A stretch of DNA of 64,000 nucleotides from Oscillospiraceae bacterium (GCA_015065295.1 SVQN01000005.1:2133-66132), one strand, 5' to 3'. Shown: positions 1 to 12,216, counted from the stretch's first letter. The notes: generated by a model not told the origin, from the letters alone. Program-made: numbers and translations.

Positions 1-315
1 GGATTCGAGAAGGGTGAAGTCGTAGCCGACGGTATAGTCGCCCTTGTTGACTTCGTCCATGACGGATGCGGGAACAACGACGGTATAGGAGTCGTTGCCG
101 CCGAGGTTATCGACGGTGAGCGCACCGTTTTCGACGGTATACGTCGAAGTGTTGGTGGTAAGGGATTCCACGATTTCCCAGCCGAGATCGTCATAGGAAG
201 CGACGTTATCGAATGTCTGGAGATAAACGATATCGCCGTCCGCCGCTGCGGTGGGAAGAACCATGGTGCCTGCTGCGAGAACGGCCGCGAGCAGAACGCT
301 GAACAGTTTCTTCAT
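1..315 (-). CDS. secreted protein, N-terminal part only (gene continues past left edge)
   Basis: ATG at 315-313 on minus strand preceded by AAGGAGAA. Translation MKKLFSVLLAAVLAAGTMVLPTAAADGDIVYLQTFDNV... is a signal peptide. Frame is open to position 1; absent from ORF track because no stop lies in the window. Confidence 0.7.
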   Translation of the reverse strand, partial: MKKLFSVLLAAVLAAGTMVLPTAAADGDIVYLQTFDNVASYDDLGWEIVESLTTNTSTYTVENGALTVDNLGGNDSYTVVVPASVMDEVNKGDYTVGYDFTLLES

Positions 316-617
316 AAAAATGTTCTCCTTTTCTGAATTTTGGTTTACTAAAGATAAATAAATGCGGGATTCCCCGTAACCCCGGCATTTAATAATTAAG
401 TAGACGTATGTATTATATACCATCCCGGAAGAAATTGCAAGCGATAGCGGAAAATTCACGAAGTTTTTTCAGACAAAATGTATAGGTTTTCGAAAAAATC
501 GGATTTAAAATGCCTTAATTATCCCAAAAAGCACAGTAAACAAATATGAACCATGGGTTAACGACAAGTTTCGTTATTAGAGTGATACCCCAAAAATGCA
601 AAACAAAAAATGGCGAT

Positions 618-742
618 TCGTAGTCCGTCGATCAATTTGGGTAAACGATATTTTGTCGGAAATCCATCCAAAATCGGACGGTTAATTGACAAAATATGCT
701 ATGTTCAGACCCTTTGGCGGACACGGCACGCCGTGTCCCTAC
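618..742. repeat. H-family element copy H0 (right GTAG-hairpin intact, left hairpin deleted)
   Basis: Right end CGGACACGGCACGCCGTGTCCCTAC at 718-742. Left end cgtag|tccgtcgatcaattt aligns with the H1 left end but lacks the palindrome. Confidence 0.55.
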
Positions 743-799
743 GAAGGATTCGCGCTGTATTGCATATTTTTATGAAATTGCTGTAATTTGTATTTATGT

Positions 800-829
800 A
801 AAAAAGACGTGCCGCAGCACGTCTTTTTT
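800..829. terminator. bidirectional intrinsic terminator
   Basis: AAAAAA-GACGTGC-cgca-GCACGTC-TTTTTT: a 7-bp GC-rich stem flanked by an A tract and a T tract. Confidence 0.6.
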
Positions 830-841
830 GATGGTATTCCG

Positions 842-958
842 TTATTTCGCATTGATTACACAGCCAGCCGCCGAAAACAGGACGATCACGGCGATGATTA
901 CACCGAAATCGAACGTCTGCGGGGCAAGTGTGGAAAATATGGAGAGAAATACAAGCAT
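842..958 (-). CDS. hypothetical small hydrophobic protein (38 aa)
   Basis: ATG at 958 with AAGGA 9 nt upstream. MLVFLSIFSTLAPQTFDFGVIIAVIVLFSAAGCVINAK, followed directly by the 800-829 terminator. Too short for the ORF track. Confidence 0.35.
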   Translation of the reverse strand: MLVFLSIFSTLAPQTFDFGVIIAVIVLFSAAGCVINAK

Positions 959-986
959 GATGTCGTGTCCTTGAATTTGTAAAGAT

Positions 987-3467
987 TTAGTCAACAATCG
1001 GGATAGAAATTGTACGATAAGTGTCAGAAGCAGTTTTTAGCTGAAGTTTAATGTATGCCGCTTTGCCGCTACCGACCAGCTGAGAGAGATACTCGCCCGT
1101 GAGCATATCATAGATCGCACTGTAGTTATACTCATAACTTTCATCTTTTGATACAGAAATGGTTGTCAGTATCTGTTCAATTATTCCAGCTTTCAGTGTG
1201 ATGGTTACCGTCCCGTCATAATGGGAGATGAATTTCAAAATATGATTGTTGTAATCGTCTTGCATGGACGTATGTTCCAGACCTGTCTTGTTGGTTGTGG
1301 AACCATCGTCTTCTTCCCCTTTGTCGGAAGTACGTTCATCAAGGTCAACGACCACAGGCGTGAGATACACTTCCTTGCCATCGGCATTCGTTACCTTGAT
1401 ACAAACGACCAGATAACTATACCCATCGTCTTCATCTACAGGGATTTTAATTTCTTCGCCGTCGTCGCAGTTTTCGTAGTCATAATCCGACGCATCTTCA
1501 TAACGGGATTCAAACTTATCGCTGTTGACCGAGGAAGTATTAGAGAAGTACCAGTAAACCTTACCGTCGATGTCGGTCGTAACAACAACTTCATCTGCGG
1601 TAATAGAATCTACACTCAGACCGGTACCGCCCGCAGTACCTTCTTCGATGTCAAGAACAACCGGGAAACAGAACTTGCGAGTATCCTCATTATCTTCGGG
1701 AAGGAAAGCGAGAACAATATAGGGATAATCGTCGAGGATATCTCCATCAAGTTCAAATTTATCAAGGCTACCTGCACGAACCGTTTCTGTGCTGTAATAA
1801 CGAGCATCGTCGAATTCTTCCTCGAACTCAGAAGCCGCGAGGGATAATTCGGTCTTTGCGTAGAAGTACCATACTTCACCTGCAGATTCAGTCTTGAAGT
1901 AAACCGCATCGTCAATGATGTACGGAGCTATAATAAAGCCAGTATTAAAAGTTGTATTCAAATCAAATACATAAGGAGTGTACTCTGTTCCTTGATTATC
2001 AATAAACATCAAAACCATATATGGATAGTCTGATGCATAGCTCATATTGTATTCTATCTTTTCCCAAACATCGTCTACGTCAATCGTATACTTATAGCGG
2101 TTTGCGAGAGTATCGTAATGTTCGCGGAATTGAGAACTACTTAACACTGTATCACTCTTACTGTAGTAATACATGACTTCGCCGCCATCCTCAGTGCGGA
2201 ATTGGATAGTGCCTTCATCCACAATCTCCGGAAGATTACGGAAGCCGGTCTGGTAGTTGATATTCAGCGCGATGGGCTGCATATAGTAGCCGTCGGAGTT
2301 CCTGAGCGCAATGATAAGGTACGGATAATCTTCACTTTCGTTCACATCGTAATCAAAAGTATCCACCTTGTTCTTGGTTACGTCGATATACTTTCCTACT
2401 TCTGCTTTGTTATATTCACCTTTGAAATCATCGGGTGCCGGAAGATCAGATGTCTCAGAGTAATAGTAATATAGCATACCCGAAATACTTGATTTAAAAG
2501 ATACTGTTCCAACATTCTTCAAAGCTGGTTTATCCACAAAACCATTATCCCCTACCGGAAGAATCACCGGCACATAACAAGCGTTATTCTTGTTCTTTAT
2601 CATAAATGCAACATATGGATATTCCTCAAGATACGAACCTTTTAATGCAAAAGAAAGAGTTCTTCCCGAGGAAATAATTGCGTTTCCGCAATGAGTTCCC
2701 GCTGTCTCTGCATAAATTTTCTTAAATTCCGCCGCAGTCAATTCTTTTCCGTCTTTCAGGTAACACCAGTAGATTGTTCCCGCCTGTGCCGCTATAAACT
2801 TAATTGTCGTTTCATCCGCAAGATACGGTACAGTAGAAAATCCGTTCCCCTCCAGATCATCAGCAGATTTATCCGAAGTATCCACCGTCACCGGTGTATA
2901 TTTCTTCCCTGTTTCATCAACAAACCGGAACACCATATACGGATAGCTTGCCGTATACGCTTCCTCTGGATTCATCGTCTCATACATTCCGTTTGTCTGT
3001 ATCTCGCCTTTGTAATTCGCCGAAATATAGTCGTAATTGGCTGAGAATTCGTCTGTGTCGGGGTTCTTTCCATCCTTGCTGTAGTAATAATATACCGTTC
3101 CTGCAAGTCCCGCCTTATAGCCAACTGTTCCATCCTCCACAATCTGCGGATTTACCGAAAAACCGGTCTTTTTGGAATAAAAATATTCTCTCTCCGATTT
3201 CCATCCGTCCGTATACCGAGCAAGACGCATTCCGTCCTGCCGTGTCAGATATCCGTCACCGTCAACGTCCGCTTTATCAATATCAAACGGAATTTTTTCT
3301 CTATAATGTCCGGCAAAATACCGTTTCAGAACCGCGCTGTCCTCTTCCGTGACATCTCCATCGTTCGTCAGGTCACCAAGTACAAAAGGAACTGCCGCCG
3401 CAGACGAAACAGCGAGGGAAAATCCTAATACCACTGATACAAATCCGGTTAACCAAGATTTTTTCAT
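987..3467 (-). CDS. secreted dockerin-domain protein with about 7 tandem ~95-aa repeats of unknown function
   Basis: Start moved to MKKSWLTGFVSVVLGFSLAVSSAAA (signal peptide, GGAAAGGA upstream). Dockerin-type duplicated Ca-binding loops DLTNDGDVTEED and DVDGDGYLTRQD. Repeats share G(F/L)...G.(V/I)Y(Y/W)(Y/F)Y...(D/E)YPY(M/L/I)V. Confidence 0.85.
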   Translation of the reverse strand: MKKSWLTGFVSVVLGFSLAVSSAAAVPFVLGDLTNDGDVTEEDSAVLKRYFAGHYREKIPFDIDKADVDGDGYLTRQDGMRLARYTDGWKSEREYFYSKKTGFSVNPQIVEDGTVGYKAGLAGTVYYYYSKDGKNPDTDEFSANYDYISANYKGEIQTNGMYETMNPEEAYTASYPYMVFRFVDETGKKYTPVTVDTSDKSADDLEGNGFSTVPYLADETTIKFIAAQAGTIYWCYLKDGKELTAAEFKKIYAETAGTHCGNAIISSGRTLSFALKGSYLEEYPYVAFMIKNKNNACYVPVILPVGDNGFVDKPALKNVGTVSFKSSISGMLYYYYSETSDLPAPDDFKGEYNKAEVGKYIDVTKNKVDTFDYDVNESEDYPYLIIALRNSDGYYMQPIALNINYQTGFRNLPEIVDEGTIQFRTEDGGEVMYYYSKSDTVLSSSQFREHYDTLANRYKYTIDVDDVWEKIEYNMSYASDYPYMVLMFIDNQGTEYTPYVFDLNTTFNTGFIIAPYIIDDAVYFKTESAGEVWYFYAKTELSLAASEFEEEFDDARYYSTETVRAGSLDKFELDGDILDDYPYIVLAFLPEDNEDTRKFCFPVVLDIEEGTAGGTGLSVDSITADEVVVTTDIDGKVYWYFSNTSSVNSDKFESRYEDASDYDYENCDDGEEIKIPVDEDDGYSYLVVCIKVTNADGKEVYLTPVVVDLDERTSDKGEEDDGSTTNKTGLEHTSMQDDYNNHILKFISHYDGTVTITLKAGIIEQILTTISVSKDESYEYNYSAIYDMLTGEYLSQLVGSGKAAYIKLQLKTASDTYRTISIPIVD

Positions 3468-3488
3468 AAGTCCTATCCTTTCCCATCT

Positions 3489-3545
3489 GAAAGTTTTTGA
3501 AAAAGGGGTATGGGGAAAAAACTTTTTGAAAAAAGTTTTTTCCCC
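3489..3545 (+). repeat. U-family hairpin element U1
   Basis: gaaagtttttgaaaaaggggtatGGGGAAAAAACTTTTTgaaAAAAGTTTTTTCCCC. Confidence 0.7.
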
Positions 3546-3558
3546 ATGAATCATCCTT

Positions 3559-4446
3559 TTACCGTCCGATATACGCGCCCCACGCGGTTTTTCCGTCCGC
3601 GTCGATGACTTCCACGCGCACGAACGTTTCGTTCGTCATCTTGAAGCTGGATTCCGTGATCCCGTGACCCACGTCCGCGCGATGGCCGCACCACGCCGTA
3701 TCCGTGAAGTACACCACCGCTTCCGCCGGCGAACAGTGAACCACCACGGTGTCGCCGTCCTTCTTCACGTCGATGAACGGCCCCTGTGTCGCAAAGAACC
3801 GTCCCGCGCGGATCGCTTCCAGAATCGCTTCTCTCGTGCATTCCTCCGCCTGCACCATGATATAACTCAGGCAGGCTTCCTTTTCGTACCAGTGCGTGTC
3901 GTCGGTCGCCACGGGACTGGTGAAATATCCGCGCGCCGCCATGAGGTCGAGGACAATCCCCGAATACGGACGGCAGTTGCGCGGCAGGTCGGATACGGAA
4001 TTGAAAATTTCCGTCACGTCCGCGCCGAACAGCGGGGTCACTTCCCCGTCAATCACGGGAAGGAGCTGTTCGCAGGTGTTCATCGACCACGCGGGATGCG
4101 CGAGGCTGGCAATGCCGCCGCAGCGGTGGATTTCACGGATGATCGCGTCCGGCGTCATGCTGCGGTCGCACACGGGCGTTTCCGTACAGCCGAGCGAGGT
4201 GATATGGAAAATCCCGTCGCGGACATTGCGTCCGACGTCGTATTCGCATCCGGCGAGCAGGAGCATTCCGTCGTCGGTGACTGCCGTTTCGGACACCTTC
4301 CAGTGGTCGGTCAGCGCAAGAAAGTCGTAGCCGTTCTTCCGGTAAAGCGCGATCGAATCCTCAGGGGACATCCGCCCGTCCGAAAGCGTGGTATGGGTGT
4401 GGATATTTCCCTTGAACCATTTGTTTCCGTTGGAATCAATATACAT
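3559..4446 (-). CDS. PHP-domain metal-dependent phosphoesterase
   Basis: N-terminal GNIHTHTTLSDGRMSPEDSIALYRKNGYDFLALTDHW is the PHP motif. AGAGGA RBS. Confidence 0.85.
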   Translation of the reverse strand: MYIDSNGNKWFKGNIHTHTTLSDGRMSPEDSIALYRKNGYDFLALTDHWKVSETAVTDDGMLLLAGCEYDVGRNVRDGIFHITSLGCTETPVCDRSMTPDAIIREIHRCGGIASLAHPAWSMNTCEQLLPVIDGEVTPLFGADVTEIFNSVSDLPRNCRPYSGIVLDLMAARGYFTSPVATDDTHWYEKEACLSYIMVQAEECTREAILEAIRAGRFFATQGPFIDVKKDGDTVVVHCSPAEAVVYFTDTAWCGHRADVGHGITESSFKMTNETFVRVEVIDADGKTAWGAYIGR

Positions 4447-4464
4447 AGCTGAAATTCCTCTGCA

Positions 4465-4674
4465 TTATGACAATTTATCTTTGATTTTCCGGTACAGCGC
4501 GGCAATTTTCTTCCGCAGGAAGAACGATACGATAATCGCCACGGCCACGCAGAGGAAGAAAATCACTTCGCTCCACGGCCGGTCCGCCGCCCATTCCAGC
4601 CCTGCAATTTTGCAGACCGTGTAGATGATGCACATGACCGAAAACGCCCATGCGGTCGCCCAGATCCGTTCCAT
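4465..4674 (-). CDS. hypothetical small membrane protein (2 TM)
   Basis: 69 aa with two hydrophobic segments. AAGGGGGA RBS. Sits 19 nt upstream of the PHP gene. Confidence 0.55.
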   Translation of the reverse strand: MERIWATAWAFSVMCIIYTVCKIAGLEWAADRPWSEVIFFLCVAVAIIVSFFLRKKIAALYRKIKDKLS

Positions 4675-4692
4675 AAATCCGTCCCCCTTTCC

Positions 4693-4753
4693 GGAAAGTT
4701 TTTGGGATGGGATTTGGGGAAACCCTTTTTGAGAAAAGGGTTTCCCAAAGAAA
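4693..4753 (+). repeat. U-family hairpin element U2
   Basis: ggaaagtttttgggatgggattTGGGGAAACCCTTTTtgagAAAAGGGTTTCCCAaagaaa. Confidence 0.7.
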
Positions 4754-4762
4754 GTTCATTTC

Positions 4763-5476
4763 TTAATACGTCGGGGTGTCAAGCCGCCAGCCGTCCTCCG
4801 TGAGAACGAGCGTCAGCTCCACGTCCTGATCGTACGCGCCGTCCATGTACGTCGGGACGCTTACGGTCACGGAATTTCCCTTTTCCTCGACGACGGTGAG
4901 TTCTGCGGTTTTGTATTCCCGTCCGAGGGGATAGGCGTCCTCCGCGAGGTCGAGACGGACGGTCAGCATTCCGTTCTGCTCGAGATACCGCGCGTAGGAT
5001 GCACGCACATTGAGCAGAACAGGCTGGCTGTAGTCGCCTTCGATTTCCCCGCCGGCCTCGATGTATTCGCCTTCCCCGAGGTCGGCTTCCGTGGTTTCTT
5101 CGGTTTTCTCGGGAGTCGTGTCGGAAGCGATGCCGGCAAACGCGAGTTCATAGAGATACGCCGCGTATTCGTCGGTGAAGACCGCTTCGGTCGCGGTTTT
5201 GATGTCTTCGATGCTCGAATACCCGCAGTCCGCGGCAACGGGATGGTAATTGAGGGACTTCACATTGGCCGCGAACGTACCATAGAGCCTGTCGATCAGG
5301 GCCTTATCCTCGGTCGCGGGCAGTCCCTCTCCGAAGTAGATTTCGTTGAGTTCAAACGACGGCGGGAGGAGCGTGTCAAGGGCACTCCGCAGTTCCGCCG
5401 GATCGTATTTGCTGCCGCCACAGGAAGACAGCGTCAGTGCGGCAAGCGTCAGCAGGAGGGGAATGTGTTTTTTCAT
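4763..5476 (-). CDS. lipoprotein, hypothetical
   Basis: Start moved to MKKHIPLLLTLAALTLSSCGG (lipobox LSSC). The upstream part of the track ORF reads through repeat H1. Confidence 0.8.
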   Translation of the reverse strand: MKKHIPLLLTLAALTLSSCGGSKYDPAELRSALDTLLPPSFELNEIYFGEGLPATEDKALIDRLYGTFAANVKSLNYHPVAADCGYSSIEDIKTATEAVFTDEYAAYLYELAFAGIASDTTPEKTEETTEADLGEGEYIEAGGEIEGDYSQPVLLNVRASYARYLEQNGMLTVRLDLAEDAYPLGREYKTAELTVVEEKGNSVTVSVPTYMDGAYDQDVELTLVLTEDGWRLDTPTY

Positions 5477-5503
5477 ATCGTTTTGATCTGTCGTCTTTCC
5501 CCC

Positions 5504-5644
5504 GTAGGGACACGGCGTGCCGTGTCCGTCTATCAATTTAGACAAACCGAATTTTGCAGGATATGATCCAAATTCAAATCCTCCATTTACAAAATTTGAT
5601 TTGTTTGAAATCCATCAAACGGACACGGCACGCCGTGTCCCTAC
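5504..5644. repeat. H-family REPIN-like doublet H1
   Basis: GTAGGGACACGGCGTGCCGTGTCCG (5504-5528) and its inverted copy CGGACACGGCACGCCGTGTCCCTAC (5620-5644) flank about 90 bp of AT-rich spacer. Confidence 0.8.
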
Positions 5645-5665
5645 AGTATAGAAATTCTGTTTTGA

Positions 5666-8257
5666 TTATTCGTTCGTTTCTGTTTCCGGTGCAGCTTCCG
5701 CCGATTCTTCTGCCGGAACGGGTTCCGTTTCCGCAGGTTCTGCTGCTTCTGTCTCTGCAGCCGGTGCTTCTTCTTCCTTTTCCTTTTCGGTCAGGGCAAA
5801 GTTCACCAGCTTCGCGCCGTCGGAGAGCTTCATCACGATAACGCCCGCCGCCGGACGTCCGTACAGCGGAATTCCGTCCGCAGGGGTACGGATGATCGTG
5901 CCGTCGTTCGTAATCATCATGATGTCTTCATCCGCCTTAACGACCGCGATGCCGCAGAGGAGACCGGTCTTGTCCGTGATCTTCTGCGCGATCACGCCCA
6001 TGATGCCGCGTCCCTTCGCTTCGAATTCGGATGCTTCCATCCGCTTGCCGAAGCCGCCTTCCGTGATCGTAATTAGCTTGTTTTCCGCAGCCCACGCTTC
6101 GTCGCGTTCCACAATGCACGCGCCTGCCACGAGGTCGCCGTCACGCAGAGAGATACCGCGGACGCCGCCCGCCGAACGTCCCATGCAGCGTACCTGATTT
6201 TCGTCAAACCGTGCCGCATAGCCGTTCTTCGTGGCGATCATCACGTCGGACTGTCCGCGCGTGTGCGCGACGAACTTCAGACGGTCGCCGTCGTCGAGAG
6301 TCAGCGCGATCTTACCGCCCTTCCGCTGAATGCGGAATTCGGACAGCTTCGTACGCTTCACCACGCCGCGCTCCGTCACCATGACGAGGTAGCCGCAGTC
6401 TTCGGAATCCATTTCGCTTTCCAGATCGGGTACGGACAGCATCGCCGTGATCTTGTCGCCTTCCGCAATGTCCGCGATGTTGACGATGTTCGATCCCTTC
6501 GAGGTGCGTCCGGCTTCCGGAATCCGGTAGGCTTTCATTGAATGAACGCGTCCCGTGTCGGTGAACAGCATCAGGTACGAATGCGAGTCCGCAACGACCA
6601 CGCGTTCGATGTAGTCCTCTTCCTTCGTCGCCATGCCGATGACACCGCGTCCGCCGCGCCGCTGTGCCGAGTATACGTCGGACGGCTGACGCTTGATGTA
6701 CCCGTCGTGGGTCAGCGTGATGACCGCATTGTGGCGTTCGATGAGGTCTTCGAGCATGATTTCATTTTCAACTTCTTCGATATTTGTACGGCGTTCATCA
6801 CCGAACTTGGCCTTGATTTCCGTCAGTTCGTCGCGGATGATCTGACGGATGCGCGCAGGATCGGACAGAATCGCACGGAATTCTTCAATCGCCGCGTACA
6901 GTTCCACGAGCTTTGCTTCGATCTTCTGACGTTCCATGCCGGACAGACGGCCGAGCGTCATGGCAACGATCGCCTGCGCCTGTTCTTCCGACAGATCGAA
7001 CCGGACGCGGAGATTTTCTCTCGCCGTCGGCTGGTCGGCGGACGCGCGGATGATCGAAATAACCTCGTCAATGTGGTCGATGGCAATCTTGTAGCCTTCG
7101 TTGATGTGCGCTTCGTGGAGTGCCTTGGTGAGGTCGTACTTCACGCGGTTCGTGATGACCTCTTCCTGATGCTTGACGTATACGCCGAGAATCTGACGGA
7201 GGTTCAGTACCTTCGGTTCCCCGTTGACCAGCGCGATCATGATTGCGGAGCAGGTGTCCTGAAGCTGCGTGTACTTGTACAGCTGATTCAGGATGATCTG
7301 ACCGTTCGCGTCACGGCGGTATTCGATGACAATCCGCATACCGTCGCGGCCGGATTCGTCGCGGATGTCGGTAACGCCGTCAATGACCTTCTTGTCTCCG
7401 CGCACCATCGGAACCATCGACTTGATGAGTTCGGATTTCTGCACCATATAGGGAATCTCGGTGATAATAATGCGGTGGTGTTCTTCTTCAACGTGCGCCT
7501 TGGCACGGACCATGATGCGTCCGCGTCCGGTGGAGTAGGCTTCGTAAATGCCCGCCGTCCCGTAAATCGTCGCACCGGTCGGGAAGTCGGGGCCTTTGAT
7601 GAACTGCATCAGTTCGGAAACGCCCGCGTCGGGATGATCCATGAAATAAATCGTACCGTCGATGACCTCGGAGAGGTTGTGCGGCGGAATATTTGTCGCC
7701 ATACCGACCGCAATGCCGACCGCGCCGTTGACAAGCAGGTTCGGGATGCGCGCAGGGAGAACGGAAGGTTCGCGGCGGGTGTTGTCGAAGTTCATATCCC
7801 ACTTGACAACATCCTTTTCGATGTCGCGCATCATTTCGTCGGCGAGCTTCGACATTCTCGCTTCGGTGTAACGGTAAGCAGCGGGGCTGTCCCCGTCGAT
7901 GGAACCGAAGTTCCCGTGCCCTTCGACGAGCATATAGCGGTAGGAGAACGGCTGCGCCATGCGGACCATGGTCAGGTACACAGCGGTGTCGCCGTGCGGA
8001 TGGTAACGGCCGAGCACGTTACCGACGGTCGTCGCGGACTTGCGGAAGGGTCGGTCGTAGGTGAGGTTGTCCTCGTACATCGCGTAGAGGATTCGCCGCT
8101 GACCGGGCTTCATGCCGTCGCGCGCATCCGGAAGAGCGCGTGCCACGATAACGGACATGGAATATTCGATGAAGGACTTGCGTACTTCCTTTTCCATGTT
8201 GATCGGCACGATCTTCTGATCCGGAAATTCGATATTGTAATCGTTGTTTTTAGCCAT
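5666..8257 (-). CDS. gyrA: DNA gyrase subunit A
   Basis: [28 protein letters not shown] and HPHGDTAVY motifs. 863 aa with an acidic C-terminal tail. Confidence 0.98.
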   Translation of the reverse strand: MAKNNDYNIEFPDQKIVPINMEKEVRKSFIEYSMSVIVARALPDARDGMKPGQRRILYAMYEDNLTYDRPFRKSATTVGNVLGRYHPHGDTAVYLTMVRMAQPFSYRYMLVEGHGNFGSIDGDSPAAYRYTEARMSKLADEMMRDIEKDVVKWDMNFDNTRREPSVLPARIPNLLVNGAVGIAVGMATNIPPHNLSEVIDGTIYFMDHPDAGVSELMQFIKGPDFPTGATIYGTAGIYEAYSTGRGRIMVRAKAHVEEEHHRIIITEIPYMVQKSELIKSMVPMVRGDKKVIDGVTDIRDESGRDGMRIVIEYRRDANGQIILNQLYKYTQLQDTCSAIMIALVNGEPKVLNLRQILGVYVKHQEEVITNRVKYDLTKALHEAHINEGYKIAIDHIDEVISIIRASADQPTARENLRVRFDLSEEQAQAIVAMTLGRLSGMERQKIEAKLVELYAAIEEFRAILSDPARIRQIIRDELTEIKAKFGDERRTNIEEVENEIMLEDLIERHNAVITLTHDGYIKRQPSDVYSAQRRGGRGVIGMATKEEDYIERVVVADSHSYLMLFTDTGRVHSMKAYRIPEAGRTSKGSNIVNIADIAEGDKITAMLSVPDLESEMDSEDCGYLVMVTERGVVKRTKLSEFRIQRKGGKIALTLDDGDRLKFVAHTRGQSDVMIATKNGYAARFDENQVRCMGRSAGGVRGISLRDGDLVAGACIVERDEAWAAENKLITITEGGFGKRMEASEFEAKGRGIMGVIAQKITDKTGLLCGIAVVKADEDIMMITNDGTIIRTPADGIPLYGRPAAGVIVMKLSDGAKLVNFALTEKEKEEEAPAAETEAAEPAETEPVPAEESAEAAPETETNE

Positions 8258-8297
8258 ATTGTATCTTTCTCTGTTATTTAAACATTAAACGTAAATA

Positions 8298-8515
8298 TAA
8301 ATCTGTTCGATTCCTGAAAATTACGGCTTCACCCGTAGGGAGCGGCGCCCTCGTCGCTCCGTCTATATTCCTCAAGCAAACAGAATTTTATGGATAAAAC
8401 GTCAAAATATAACGTCTGTATTACAAAAAATATAATTTTTCTTAATCGTTCGACGGAGCGACGAGGGCGCCGCTCCCTACGGTCAGCCGTAATTTAATAG
8501 AATCGAACAGATTTT
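8298..8515. repeat. H-family REPIN-like doublet H2 (variant palindrome)
   Basis: aaatctgttcgattc..ttacggct..cccGTAGGGAGCGGCGCCCTCGTCGCTCCGTC on the left and its inverted copy on the right. AT-rich centre. Confidence 0.8.
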
Positions 8516-8519
8516 TCAC

Positions 8520-9407
8520 TTATCCTTCCACATACTTCGTAGCGGCATCGGACGCCCGCTGTACGGCATCCTCATTCCTCATTCCGCAGACGAACTTCGC
8601 ATATACGAACGTCCCGAGGAACGTGTCGCCCGCACCCTTGATGCGTACCGGCTTCACCTTCCGCGACTTCGCCGTAAACTGTCCTCCAGCCCACGTTATC
8701 ATGGAACCGTCGCCGCCGAGCGTCGTAATCACAGCCGTTTTCCCGCCCGTCTTTTCACAGACCGCGCGCGCGTTTTCCGCCGGAGCTCCTTCCGCCATGC
8801 CCATGTCGGCACACAGCTTCGCCAATTCCCCCGCGTTCGGCTTGATATAATCCGGCGGACAGTCGGAACCCACCGCCGTCTTCAGTGCTTCCCCGTCACA
8901 GTCAATGACGCAGACCGCACCCTTTTCCTTCACTTTCGCGCAAAGCTCCGCCGGATAGGACTTCGCTACCCCCTTCGGACAGCTTCCGCATACACAGACC
9001 ACGTCGCCCGCTTCCACGGCATCCAGAATCCGCGCCTCCGCCTCTTCCAGATCCGCCGCCGTCATTTCCGCACCGGGCGCGTTGATTTCACAGTCCTCGC
9101 CCTCGTCCGGAATCGCAGATACGTTGATTCTCAGAGGCGCAGCAATCGGCAGACGGGTCACGTCCATGCCTTCGTCCTCCAGCATCGCGCAGAACATCCC
9201 GCCGGACGCGCCGCCCACGGGAGCAACGGTCACAAGATTCACATCATGCCCGCCCGCCGCGTTCAGAATCGCACGGGAAACGTTGATGCCCTTGCCGCCC
9301 GCCGTCAGAACAAACGACTTCGCACGGTTCAGTCCGTCCGAAACCGGTTTGTCAAGCGCGTAGGTCACATCAATCGCCGGCGCAAGCGTTATCGTAAGAA
9401 TTTTCAT
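8520..9407 (-). CDS. pfkB: PfkB-family sugar kinase (1-phosphofructokinase/tagatose-6-P kinase type)
   Basis: Start moved to MKILTITLAPAIDVTY (GGGAGG RBS). GGKGINVSRA, KPNAGEL and GAGDTF motifs. Confidence 0.9.
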   Translation of the reverse strand: MKILTITLAPAIDVTYALDKPVSDGLNRAKSFVLTAGGKGINVSRAILNAAGGHDVNLVTVAPVGGASGGMFCAMLEDEGMDVTRLPIAAPLRINVSAIPDEGEDCEINAPGAEMTAADLEEAEARILDAVEAGDVVCVCGSCPKGVAKSYPAELCAKVKEKGAVCVIDCDGEALKTAVGSDCPPDYIKPNAGELAKLCADMGMAEGAPAENARAVCEKTGGKTAVITTLGGDGSMITWAGGQFTAKSRKVKPVRIKGAGDTFLGTFVYAKFVCGMRNEDAVQRASDAATKYVEG

Positions 9408-9423
9408 AGGAAAGCCTCCCGGA

Positions 9424-11565
<2,142 letters not shown>

Positions 11566-11595
11566 CTATATCTTCTTTCAAACAAAATATCGTTT

Positions 11596-11657
11596 TCTTC
11601 TCTTGGGGGAACCTTTTTGAGGAAAAGGTTCCCCCAAACCCCTTCCAAAACCTTTTT
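11596..11657 (-). repeat. U-family hairpin element U3
   Basis: tcttGGGGGAACCTTTTTgaggAAAAGGTTCCCCCaaaccccttccaaaaccttttt. Confidence 0.7.
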
Positions 11658-12216
11658 GGGCTATTATCAAATATAGTATGTGCAAGTTTTTGCTTTTTTA
11701 GGGGATTTTCTTGGGTGCCTGCGCTGACATATTGTTGATCCCATCCGCTGACATAACGTTGGTTTGAAACTCCACGAAAATCGTTCTGGGGAAGTCAGGC
11801 TCCGCCAAGACCCTGACTTCCGTTGCCGGAAGGGATACGTCAATGAAGTGCGTCACGTTTGAATTCAGCTACATAAAGGAATCCCCCGCACTCCTTGGCT
11901 GACGCCGTTCGTGCTTTTCAAAGAAAACTATATGTCAGCCAACCAAACTATCGGAAAGCGCGGACGGCGGGCGAGCCAAGACGCGCGGAAACCCAATAAA
12001 CCGTAGCTGAATTCAATAGTAGCGTACTGAATCACGCAATCGAAATATGGCGTGGGAAATCAGGGGGGCGGTCCCTGATTTCCCCAAAACAATTTTCGAA
12101 GAAATTAAAACCAGCCCCATGTCAACGGGTCGAACACTCTTAAACCGTACTCCACGGAGTATTTCAAAAAATCCCCTTCTCCACCATATCAGCTGCACAA
12201 ACCGGCTGCAGCAGAT
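11658..12216. repeat. M-family long palindromic element M1 with a nested insertion
   Basis: Outer arms match M2 (gatcccatccgctgacat..ggtttgaaa..gaaaatcgttctggggaagtcagg / cctga(c/t)ttcccca(g/a)aac(g/a)attttc..attaaaaccagccccatgtcaacggg). The centre carries extra sequence shared with M3 (tttgaattcagctacat). Confidence 0.6.

Noticed and set aside
3468-3554. N-terminal extensions of track ORFs that read through repeats (987-3554, 4763-5545, 18673, 39475, 48705-49685, 50259-51254, 57477-58376, 12532-13854)
   Set aside because: The extensions translate U, H or L repeats or parS (GFPQ.., GHGTPCPY, MFHVKHF). They are followed by an internal ATG with a proper SD and a canonical N-terminus or signal peptide, so starts were moved inward.
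6542-8281. Long ORFs antisense to recognised genes. Examples: 6542-8281, 9757-11676, 12226-13737, 14643-15617, 15630-16523, 24535-25737, 26524-27807, 29470-30678, 33493-34974, 36207-37085, 37290-38990, 40280-41581, 42663-43607, 44376-45323, 51019-52296, 53127-54212, 55261-56196, 56285-57079, 61808-62947 and 62960-63922.
   Set aside because: Each overlaps, on the opposite strand, a gene with unmistakable conserved motifs (gyrA, gyrB, dnaN, dnaA, mnmE and others). The products are Arg/Val/Gly/Asp-rich with no motifs, which is typical of stop-poor antisense frames in GC-rich coding DNA.
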